A DNA stretch of 64,000 bases from Harriotta raleighana. Lineage: Eukaryota. The stretch lies in assembly GCA_050575255.1 (NCBI GenBank), contig JBNZDD010013702.1, positions 3,902,048 through 3,966,047 on the forward strand, in the 5' to 3' direction. The notes under the pieces are model-generated. The model was given only the letters and a program-made list of their open reading frames with translations. It was not told the DNA's origin and ran no database searches. Below, one piece after another: positions 56,001-64,000 of this stretch. Position 1 is the stretch's first letter, and every line of letters begins with the position of its first letter. The position numbers and the translations under genes were made by a program.

Positions 56001-59000
56001 ATATCTCAGGAACCTTCTCTCCACACCTTCTCACATAACTATGTTTGGAAAGAAACTGGATCAAACCTTTTGGAGAGTATAGGCTGAAAACATTTAAACA
56101 TTACAGTGCCTTTGGTTATGGCACATTTGTGGCAACTATTCAAACACAGTCTCATCACCTTATTTTCCCTGTCTTCCAGTTCAGCTAACAGCTTCTCTCG
56201 GTCCTCATCGGCCTCCTGCAGTTTTTGGTCCATCAGGGACTGCAGTTTCTGCATGTTCTTCAGCTGTTGCTGTAGCTCCAGAGCCTCACTCTGTAACCGC
56301 TGTGCCTTAGCCTCATTCAGTCCCTTCTCAGAGTCCACCTGAAACACAACGACAACAAGTTACATTTATGCAGCGCCTTTCACATCGGGAGGATGTCCCG
56401 AGGTGCTGGACAGTAAGGGATTTGGACTCAAGAAAGGGGTTGGGATCAGGAAGGTGACCGAATACATGGTCAAAGAGGGTCTTGAGTTGGGCCTTGAAGG
56501 AGGCAAGTGAATGGAGATAGGAAAAGAGACTATGGGATGGAAACAAAGTGGAACTGGAACACATTATTACACGGTTAACAATTACTCTTTTCTAGACCCT
56601 CAGGTTAAATCGATGCACATTTAATCTCTTACCACTTCCCTTTGTTCCAAGCTCAGAACAGCTTTGAAAACTGTGAAACACTTTCACTTTCCCACAGTGC
56701 CTGTGCCAGCTCTTTGGAAAAGCTACCAATCAATGCCACATCCCCTCTCTTTCCCCATAACAACAACTTACATTTATGTAGCTTCTTCACTAGCTTTTAC
56801 ATAGACTCTCACATCAACAACAAAATTACATTTGTAAAGCGCTATTCATGTCAGGATGACAAACCAAGGTGCTGGACAGTCAGCATTTCAGACCCGAGGG
56901 ATTGTGGAATGGAATTCCAGTGGTTGGGGAGAAAGTAGCTGAAGGCTCGCACGCCGATGATGGGGTGGGTTGGGGGACATGAAGCAGGCCAGAGGAGCCT
57001 GCTGAGCTGAGTTGGCGGGCGGGTTATTAGGGTGTTAGGAGGTCGCAGAGGTAGATTAGTGCAAGGCCATGGAAAGCTTTAAAGGTGAGGACCAGGATCT
57101 TGGGATATCCTCCGGACATGAAAGGAGCTATACGTGTGCGTTTGTCGTTGCTGTTGTTGAATTGAATCCTCTGAATGGGGCAGAAGGTGTCACGGAGCTT
57201 GGTGCGGTAGAGGACACGGGCTGTAGAGTTCTGGATGATTTGCAGCCTATGGAGGGAGGAATTGGGAAAGCTGACAAGCAGGGCTTTGGAATAGTCGAGC
57301 CTGGATGTGATGAAGGCATGAATGAGTTTCAACGGCCTGAGGGGTGAAGACAATTTAAGTAGAACTCCATGCACCTTTGCCACACTTTGGACATAAATAT
57401 TTTTTCATCAACTGAACATGTGAACAATAGGAAGGAGTTACAACAAAATATTATTACAATCTTCTGTGTCACGGTACGAAGGAGATCAGGGTGAGGCAGC
57501 ACCTGATAATCTATGAAGTAAGATTTCTGCTATTGTGCAATATTTGAGTCTTAAACACAGAGGAAATAAGAGTAAGATTGGTTTGCCTTTTAGCTAAAAC
57601 ATTCAGCGATGGCTGTCCACTGTTTGAGCTCTATTATATTAAGCCAGTATGACCATCGACCTTGCTGTCACTCGCTACTTACCTGTGCCACTACAGCTCT
57701 CTCACAAGCTGCCTTGTAATCCTCCTGAGCTCTTTTCAGTTTACTCCGCAGCGCCTCCATTTCTGCTTCAATCTTCCTCTGATGTCTGAACGCTTCAGCC
57801 TTCTCCAGCTCAGAGCGATCGAGGATGGCACGAAACTGCAGTTGGAGTTCATTAAGGTTCCTTCCCAAAACATCTCCTTGGTTGTAAGGTCTAGAGTTGA
57901 GGGACAAGGTTTCTGTCTAAGGGAGCATTCGCATCAACAAAGAGCAGAGGACTTTCAAATCAGAGCTAAGCCAATGAAAGGGGAATCAATAAAAAGATGC
58001 CTTTGCAGATGTGAGTCTACAGTAATGTTGCCACAAAAAGTCATAGAATTGATTGAGGTGTTCAAGAGAGAGAGAGAGATACTTAGTGAATAAAGATAAG
58101 AGGTTTTGAAGGTAAGGCAAAGAAATAGAATTGAAGAGTTGCTAAAATGGCAGAGCAGGTCAACAGGCCAAATGGCCATTCCTGTTTTTACGAGTGAATT
58201 TCTAATAAACCCTTAGCCACATTGTATAGTAAAGCCTCATTAGAATGGGACAAGATAGCCTTTGAAAGCACCCAGAGCAACCCCATCGCGCTGAAGCCAG
58301 ACCTGATTTCCCGTAAGCCATCCTCCAGCTTTCTTTTCAGATCAGAGATGCGAGCGGACACCTCCTCGGGGCGAATCATTGTCTTATTCATCTGATCCAT
58401 CTGAGCATGCACATCGTGAAGCTGCTCCTTCAACAAGCTGTTGTCAGTCTGTACGGACAGCAACACGAGTATGATATACGTATCTGTCACTACACACACA
58501 CACAAACCCAATCCTGACTTGTGAAATTGCTATTACAATAACAAAGCTCGATTAAAGTTCTCCTCACCAGATGAATAATCTCCTGTGGTTATTCTTATGG
58601 AGAGATTGTAAAATGTACACATATAAAGCTCACAATGAGATGGTCTGGGAGATTTTCCATTCAATAACAAGCAGGCTCGGCTGTGAAACTGTAGATGCAA
58701 AGTTAGTGCCAATATAGTCCAAGACTAAGCCTAAACATGTTACAGAGTGACCAAAACGTTGTGATACCATTACAATTTCTTATAAGTCTTTAAGAAATGA
58801 TGATTTTTGTTTAGATAATAGGGTAGATATTGTGATACTTTGGTCACATTGTACATCTGGATTGGCCAACAGTGTAGGTGATCGGATCATTTCCAAACCT
58901 TCTCAGAACAATTTCCTCGTTGAATGGTGAACATTGGATATTTCTTTACAATGTTCACCATAATAATAATAAATCAAGTTCAGCTAATCTCTCAATAACA

Positions 59001-61686
59001 CACCAATCAAAATCAAGATCACAAAATCCCAACAGTGCGAGTCGTGTCAATAGTCGTGTCCATTAATGATGAGCGTGTTCTTACACTGAACACCCCGGGA
59101 CAGAAACCAATTTGTGCTTGTACCCAAACATAGTCAACCCTGGTAGTGATGAACAAGCTTCGCTACACTACCATTTCGCTCACAAAATACAGTCGATTCA
59201 CTTTCCAGTATATCCTGTGAAGCATTTTGAGAGACTCAATGGCGCGATAAGGAGCTATATCAAATGTAAGGATCATGATTATTATTATTTAATCAATATC
59301 TAGCAATGCAATAATCCCATGTTATATGACTGACAGGGTTGGACTTACCTGCAGGCAATTTAGTTGTGCAACTATCTGTCTGTTGGCATGTTCATTTTCA
59401 GCTGCTGCTTGAGCCTGGACTAAAGCGTTTTCTAAGGCTTGCCTCTCCTTTTGCAGCTCATCATGCAAAGCAGATTGTTCCATCTGGAAGGAATGAATTA
59501 GCCTGTGACTCTCAGCTGATCATAGAGTGAATCAGGATACTTGTTAATAATAATTTGGTCACTCAATCCATGACTGTTTGCAATTGGCTGCCGCGTTTCG
59601 TTCACAAAATATAGCGTCAATTCACTTTACAGTAATTCTGCCTCGAAGACATGATCGGACATATATCATACTCAAGGATTACATTATGTATTATTATTGT
59701 TATATGAAGCCTCAAAACCTCCTTGAATATTGACGGTCTGGGTATCTGTGGAATCGTAGCAGTCTCTCACCCCCACCCACAAGAGGTGCCTAGCCTTGGG
59801 GATATAATAATAATCCTTTCATTTGATATAGCACTTTTCACTTCTTCTAGACGTCTGAAAGACATCTAAAGCGCCTTTCAGATCCCAAAGCATTGGACAG
59901 TCAAAGGTTCTGTGAAGCAGCGCTATCAGACGTCTCAAAGACATGATACCGTGCTAAATCAAATGCAAGGATTATTATTATTATTCAGGCTGAGGGTGCG
60001 GTTTACCTGACTGAGTTTGCGCAGTCGCTCCAGGTCCTCTCTCAGACGGTTTGCTTCGATGTCTCGCGCTTGCAGCTGAGATTCCAGTTCAGCCTCGTAT
60101 TCACTCAGGTTGCCCTGAGCTTGGCGCAGAGAATCGTTCAGTTCCTGCTGTTCTTGCAAAGAACGCTCTAGGTCATTCATCTCCTACCAGGGAAGCAAAA
60201 CAGTCAGTTAGTGGGAGACAGCCACCATATTCAGGGTCCACAGAGTAAATTCAATGCTTACAATTAAAAGCAGTCATTCTGCAATTATACCACTTGCCGT
60301 GCAATTTTATCATCATAGAATGGTACAGCAGAGACAGCGCATTCAGCTCAGTAAGTCTATGTTGGGATTTTCCCTATGCAAATGATCTGATCTAACCTAC
60401 TGTCTCGCTCGCTCTCCACACCTTCTAACATTCCTTTTTAATCAAATATCTTGAAGAGGGGGAAGAAACGGTTGTTGGTAGGGGGGGAAGGGATAAAGTG
60501 GGAAGAGAGTCAAGCTGTGTCACATTTCTAATCAACACATTGAGTTTCTAACTCTAGACCTCTTAAGATGGTAGAGCTTCGGGTCTCTCTAGCCTCCTGT
60601 GTTTGACGCTGGATGTCCAGAGTTGCTGAATTGGTTCTTGGTGCGCTCAGGGTTTATCCGTGAGGAAGGGCAGAACGCTCAAACGTGTGGGGCCAGTACC
60701 TTTCGGAGATTTTCCGCATCCATGGCCACAATCTCCAGCTGGTTCTTTTCTTGTTCCACCAGAGCCAGGCGATGTGAGAGCTCCTCCTTCTCTCTCTGCA
60801 GCTCCCCGCACTCCTCGCGAGCTTGCTTTGCCTGCCCCTTCACGCTCCCCAGATATTCCTGCAGCCCAGCAATAATACCCTCCAGGTCCCGCTTCAATGC
60901 TTCATTCGCTGCTATTTGGCCTGTTCAAAGCAGAGCCGGGCACGTTAACTATTGGTGTGCTGGCTATGACAGTTAAACTAATTGACCTAGTGGGTTAGTT
61001 TCACAAAATACAGTCAATTCCCTTTACAGTATATTCTGCAAAGCACTTTGAGACTTCTTCAAAGACATGTTACAGCGCTTTATCAAATGCAAGAATTATT
61101 ATTGTAGAGTTCTACACTCATCAGAAGGACAAAAACAACAGCAACAATAAATTACATTTGTATTGCGTCTTTCACCGTCAAGAGGACATCCCAAAGTGCT
61201 GAACAGTCAGGAATCCGCAACCAAAATGATGGTTGGGATCAGGAGGAGTGGAGGAATTCTATTTCCATTTTAATCCTTATTTGTCTTTCTCAACTTTTCC
61301 TCCCACTTTATGTCTTTCAACACACTCACAATAGCATTCTGCTTCCTAGCACCTTGTCTAGTTTACTATCTCTCAGCTCATTTCAGAAACAGGCTGTGAG
61401 AATTCTCTCTCAGGCCATTGGCCGAGTGTGTTTTCACCTGAACGCATTCGCCTGTCACTTGCAGGAGGTGGATTTCACATTGTTGTTAAATGCGCCCTTT
61501 GCCCTCCCTGTAACTGCACCCTCATCAGATACCTTCTGTCAGCTGCTCCTCCAGGTCCTTGATGTCCTCGGTTTCCTTAGCAATGCGAGAGAGAACTTCA
61601 TCCAGTCGCTTCTCCAGCTGCTTGTAATGTTTGGACATTGCGTCAAGCTGCTGGGCTTTACTGACCATCTGAGTCTTCAAATGAGC
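34813..61686 (-). CDS. CNTRL: Centriolin (CEP110), 5'-partial: 31 exons, ~1730-1760 codons; N-terminal LRR part lies beyond the window
   Basis: Continuous GT-AG, phase-consistent chain; coiled coil plus hallmark peptides GQIAANEALKRDLEG, RRGYWYF, WVYSPIR, GVLHCNVPEHH, DEQWRGE, MSKQAE; tail-to-tail with RAB14. Confidence 0.97.
35776..35838 (-). CDS. CNTRL: CNTRL exon DEQWRGETLRERLLQQEDHLK
   Basis: AG/GT, 63 nt, phase 0-0. Confidence 0.95.
36188..36463 (-). CDS. CNTRL: CNTRL exon LASRQEMEHRQ...KFSIK
   Basis: AG/GT, 276 nt, phase 0-0. Confidence 0.93.
37093..37233 (-). CDS. CNTRL: CNTRL exon EQKYENSRL...KLQKQ
   Basis: AG/GT, 141 nt, phase 0-0. Confidence 0.93.
37680..37885 (-). CDS. CNTRL: CNTRL exon QELQEQEQQLEEK...LERALN
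   Basis: AG/GT, 206 nt, phase 1-0. Confidence 0.92.
38007..38300 (-). mobile_element. tRNA-derived SINE
   Basis: A/B boxes and family tail. Confidence 0.85.
38371..38596 (-). CDS. CNTRL: CNTRL exon VLLQVKKDVKCEESK...QLAAC
   Basis: AG/GT, 226 nt, phase 0-1. Confidence 0.9.
38745..39032 (-). mobile_element. tRNA-derived SINE (an opposed SINE head lies at 38626-38720, +)
   Basis: B box GGTTCAATTCC and family tail. Confidence 0.85.
39486..39653 (-). CDS. CNTRL: CNTRL exon EIVDVAEKRDVLLSEQ...EEQQQ
   Basis: AG/GT, 168 nt, phase 0-0. Confidence 0.92.
39778..40150 (-). repeat. Composite element (~140-bp unique head + L2 tail), copy 1
   Basis: Collinear with 56346-56694, including the non-L2 part. 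Confidence 0.75.
40757..40830 (-). CDS. CNTRL: CNTRL exon DKTALKSVTDDLGDSKDQLHQMNQ
   Basis: AG/GT, 74 nt, phase 1-0; required to keep phase. Confidence 0.85.
41482..41618 (-). CDS. CNTRL: CNTRL exon AVASIEDSHRS...RQRLQ
   Basis: AG/GT, 137 nt, phase 2-1. Confidence 0.9.
42228..42445 (-). CDS. CNTRL: CNTRL exon ETEKLENMQ...LSQSK
   Basis: AG/GT, 218 nt, phase 0-2. Confidence 0.93.
42780..43090 (-). mobile_element. L2-clade LINE 3' fragment
   Basis: FSLSSPTFWNS...SLASFKARLKTLL. Confidence 0.75.
43290..43405 (-). CDS. CNTRL: CNTRL exon LKHMLEMVELETSEVQGLKLQHE...LLK
   Basis: AG/GT, 116 nt, phase 1-0. Confidence 0.93.
44675..44834 (-). CDS. CNTRL: CNTRL exon EVKGLLEGLSAQKG...NKHKT
   Basis: AG/GT, 160 nt, phase 0-1. 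Confidence 0.94.
45514..45678 (-). CDS. CNTRL: CNTRL exon VSAQQEELAVLDR...QWQIQ
   Basis: AG/GT, 165 nt, phase 0-0. Confidence 0.94.
46090..46207 (-). CDS. CNTRL: CNTRL exon LDVLQQEIQ...ELERLNSQ
   Basis: AG/GT, 118 nt, phase 2-0. Confidence 0.9.
46578..46718 (-). CDS. CNTRL: CNTRL exon LMKSDLTELEKHKAEQE...KEKMAG
   Basis: AG/GT, 141 nt, phase 2-2. Confidence 0.92.
46869..47170 (-). mobile_element. Full-length tRNA-derived SINE
   Basis: GTAGCTCAGTGGTTAGA / GTTCGAATTC boxes and family tail. Confidence 0.88.
47421..47551 (-). CDS. CNTRL: CNTRL exon TKDLIQQY...RAQETAVKLVEAEQQL
   Basis: AG/GT, 131 nt, phase 0-2. Confidence 0.95.
47687..47879 (-). CDS. CNTRL: CNTRL exon DLLEDDIDML...TLLKRRAEL...TEEK
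   Basis: AG/GT, 193 nt, phase 2-0. Confidence 0.95.
48076..49220 (-). mobile_element. CR1-clade LINE 3' ~0.75 kb, interrupted at 48286-48683
   Basis: LYRALLRPHQEYCVQFWSPY...RGDLIEIYKILKG...FFTQRVVNLWNSL; (TTCTTATG)n tail at ~48076-48095. Confidence 0.93.
48200..48366. repeat. Long palindrome: 81-bp arms, 5-nt spacer CCATA
   Basis: 48200-48280 is the reverse complement of 48286-48366 with about 6 mismatches. Confidence 0.92.
49653..49858 (-). CDS. CNTRL: CNTRL exon ESEISRLEGV...QRSKR
   Basis: AG/GT, 206 nt, phase 0-2. Confidence 0.92.
50562..50866 (-). CDS. CNTRL: CNTRL proline-rich exon (YGPPP repeats...GVLHCNVPEHHDL)
   Basis: AG/GT, 305 nt, phase 1-0; hallmark centriolin segment. Confidence 0.97.
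51068..51362 (-). mobile_element. SINE, long variant
   Basis: Family tail plus extra internal block. Confidence 0.75.
52156..52400 (+). mobile_element. tRNA-derived SINE with deletions
   Basis: GTTCGAATCC B box and family body. Confidence 0.75.
52474..52648 (-). CDS. CNTRL: CNTRL exon PSSLLSQSSQTRDSGLG...HWVYSPIR...PPER
   Basis: AG/GT, 175 nt, phase 0-1. Confidence 0.92.
52680..52857. repeat. Three ~57-61-bp copies of a SINE tail separated by single Ns (52736, 52798)
   Basis: Directly visible; the middle copy differs at one base. Confidence 0.9.
53262..53401 (-). CDS. CNTRL: CNTRL exon NSGEIADLISEI...DPFRRGYWYFVPAPTK
   Basis: AG/GT, 140 nt, phase 1-0. Confidence 0.95.
53893..54037 (-). 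CDS. CNTRL: CNTRL exon ISDEMLKFDAG...LLDCVRE
   Basis: AG/GT, 145 nt, phase 0-1. Confidence 0.9.
54225..54620 (+). mobile_element. CR1-clade LINE 3' fragment with internal deletion
   Basis: QLEYCVQFWSP...ALERVQMRFTRMVPG; FFTQRVVQIWN; (TATGATTC)n tail. Confidence 0.85.
54770..54886 (-). CDS. CNTRL: CNTRL exon EMLAVERF...AARDLVKAEAEIDLLQNLLKEREKQ
   Basis: AG/GT, 117 nt, phase 0-0. Confidence 0.95.
55569..55748 (-). CDS. CNTRL: CNTRL exon SKMEEARTHQQ...NRNRAQ
   Basis: AG/GT, 180 nt, phase 0-0. Confidence 0.94.
56159..56338 (-). CDS. CNTRL: CNTRL exon VDSEKGLNEAK...EDRENK
   Basis: AG/GT, 180 nt, phase 0-0. Confidence 0.94.
56346..56694 (-). repeat. Composite element (unique head + L2 tail), copy 2
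   Basis: Collinear with 39778-40150. Confidence 0.75.
56900..57350 (-). mobile_element. L2-clade LINE ORF2 fragment with a short opposed L2 tail nested at ~57100-57160
   Basis: LIHAFITSRLDYSKALLVSFPNSSLHRLQIIQNSTARVL...KILVLTFKAFHGLA. Confidence 0.88.
57683..57890 (-). CDS. CNTRL: CNTRL exon PYNQGDVLGRNL...ACERAVVAQ
   Basis: AG/GT, 208 nt, phase 2-0. Confidence 0.94.
58303..58448 (-). CDS. CNTRL: CNTRL exon TDNSLLKEQL...RPEEVSARI...LREI
   Basis: AG/GT, 146 nt, phase 0-2. Confidence 0.94.
59349..59483 (-). CDS. CNTRL: CNTRL exon MEQSALHDELQKERQALENAL...NCLQ
   Basis: AG/GT, 135 nt, phase 0-0. Confidence 0.94.
60007..60183 (-). CDS. CNTRL: CNTRL exon EMNDLERSLQEQ...RKLSQ
   Basis: AG/GT, 177 nt, phase 0-0. 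Confidence 0.95.
60700..60920 (-). CDS. CNTRL: CNTRL exon QIAANEALKRDLEG...AMDAENLRK
   Basis: AG/GT, 221 nt, phase 1-0. Confidence 0.96.
61533..61686 (-). CDS. CNTRL: CNTRL exon AHLKTQMVSK...SRIAKETEDIKDLEEQLTE (most 5' exon recognised)
   Basis: AG/GT, 154 nt, phase 0-1. Confidence 0.96.
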
Positions 61687-64000
61687 CTAGAGACAGATCA
61701 GACCACGTTTACTAAACTGTAGTCACTGTTACTTTTACTACTACTGTACTAATAATAATATTCTTTCAGATGATGAACATAAATAATAATTTTATATACA
61801 GTAATATAATAAAGCTATGGTATATGAATGCACAATGCTTAATTGTATCCAAACCAAGAATAGTTTCCACGCAAGGCACTTTCACTTAAAAATTACTGTG
61901 TCTGCAATGCGATGCTCACTCTCTTAATTCCGGAGTGTATTTGGCACAGGAGGGTGAGCTCACGATGGGCTTTGTAACTAAACTTTTGGTACAGCCAAAG
62001 TTTTTTTAAAAAAATAGACCCATAAATTACCTTCAGAAAACAATTGAAGTTTAAACATGTCCCTCAGGCTACTCCACTCACAATCCTCAGGTGGAATCCC
62101 TGGTAAATGGGAGAGAATCTCGCCCAAGTCTCAACCACACCTCCAAGCTGTCACTTAAATGACCTTACTTCAGGGTTGAAGGACAACAGGCATAGCTGTA
62201 ATAGCTTGCACAGGCTGATGAGATTGCCAGCATACTCACACTCCCAAACTTAAGACAAGGCAAATATCAGTCATTTCACATTGCAGCTCGTTTCGATTTG
62301 CCCTGACATTACCTGTGATGCTACACCACAGCCAGGCGCTGCCTGATAATCTAAACACTCAAAATACAACAGTTTAGGAGAGGTGAAAGAACTGTTCAGG
62401 ACTAATAGGATGAATAGGTGACCTGAATAAGTGTTTGAACATATTAGCTTCAGCAGTGGTACTGGGGTGGGGAATACAGAAAAATAACAACAAAATTACA
62501 TTTGTATAGTGTCTTTCATATCAGTAGGATGTCCCAAGATGCTGTGCAGGGCTGGGATAGATCAACGTGTGTGTGTATTAAGAAATGGGTGGGGGTGGGG
62601 GAGAGAGAATGACCATACTCTCCTGGGTAGACAGGGGGAATCAGACCCTTATCCAGGGAAGTTTAAGCCAGCAGTGTGTTTTGGATGGAGGGTAGGGGAC
62701 AGGGGTGGGGCGGGAGGTCAATGCACCTAGGTTTAGATTTATTAAAATATCCCATATTCTTTCTCTTCCCCCTCTCTTCCCACACACACACAAAGTCACA
62801 CACTGAATCAAACATTAAAAAACCGCCAACAAACCCTTACATCTGTTCAGCGAGCCATTCATGTGGCTGTGCTGACTGAGCGTCTGTGATCTACCATCTG
62901 GACAAACTGAGGACACATTCCTCATACGATTCAAATGTTTGGAATGTCAAAGCCGATTGAGGTGCCACTCGGTCTTTAAAGAAAACTGTGCAGCTCTGGC
63001 AGGCAAAGCCCTGGCCACCTATAGATACTGGGGTTGGGTGAGGGGAAACAGCCCCTTTTTAAAATAACACTCCAAATTCCTGGCGAATCATTGCCTTACT
63101 GAAAGGATGTTTTATTTCCATGTCGATAAATGAATCTGCTTCTGAGAGTACTTTCTGTTATAGAAGTTTGGAAAGCTCCACCACACACACACACAAACAT
63201 TTCAAAAGCTGCAAAACATAGCCAGGGCTTGAAGTGTTAACAAGGGTTAAAAGTCTTAAAAAGGGTTAACAATGTTGAAACCGAAACTTCTGTACAAACC
63301 TGTATTCCCTACAGTATGTAAGTCCGCAATCCTCATCAGGCATATGCTTCCTATTAGTCTGATGGCCGTTAGCAGAGTCGTTCCAAAGCAAAAAGTGTTT
63401 TATTTATGGCGAGGAAAACATTACATTACATTCACTATGATTTTGTGCAACTGGTGCCCATAAATCATCTGATTGATTCTGACTCTGGCTACTCAGCAAA
63501 ATAAGCCTTTGTACTATAAACATTGCAAAATAATCCTTTAGGTTTAGCGCTGTGAGTTCATTGAGGACTTTTTTTTTAAAAAAGGTTCCAGCAAGCATTG
63601 TGTAAAAAATGAGATTCAAGGCAACCTCAGCCAACTCCCTTCCTCTTAAACTTCCGCTCTGATTTGACAAGCAGTACTCACTCACTCACACATCGACATT
63701 GCTGCTCCTTCCAGCTTGAACAGCTTTTCTTGAGGCAAAACTTAAGGCAGGACTTCCCGGCTCAAAGTCTGCCTTCACAATGACAACATGCAAGTCTGTT
63801 CCTTTCCCTGAGAGAGTTGTAATCAGACATGCTTCAAATCACAACACAGGAAGTGCTTTGTGTAGCCAATCCAAGGCAGCTAATCTAACTGCCTGAGTTA
63901 TCTCTCCGGAGGCAATACTCCCAAGGTTTGTGAAAGCAAACTGCTGTCACTGAGGCACACGACTATTGGAGAGATTAAAAGGACATAATTGGCCCAGTCT

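Overview
Eukaryotic (vertebrate) genomic DNA, most likely a cartilaginous fish and probably a chimaera, judging from the dense tRNA-headed SINE plus L2/CR1 LINE content (inference). It holds the complete RAB14 gene on + (CpG-island promoter ~10.4 kb, non-coding exon 1, seven coding exons 17243-26906 giving 648 nt/215 aa, ~2.1 kb 3'UTR). It also holds the 3' ~three-quarters of centriolin (CNTRL) on -, as 31 phase-consistent GT-AG exons (61686 to ~34813), convergent with RAB14 as in human. The first 10 kb has no coding exon but carries minus-strand donors and promoter motifs that fit the 5' end of a divergent neighbour (GSN by human synteny, unproven). The most interesting signal is the ~5 kb gap between the two 3' ends. 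It contains a CpG/ETS-rich promoter-like patch (~32.5 kb) whose minus-strand ATG-containing mini-exon splices in frame onto a stop-free 321-codon frame, and the intervening intron holds a ~280-nt, strongly strand-biased structured element with H/ACA-like and Pol III-like hallmarks. Also seen: a complex template-switch rearrangement inside a CR1, a duplicated L2-tailed composite element, two Tigger-like transposons, and four single-N joins flanked by duplications (probable assembly artefacts, one duplicating RAB14 exon 5). Human protein comparisons are from memory, not from an alignment; repeat boundaries are approximate.
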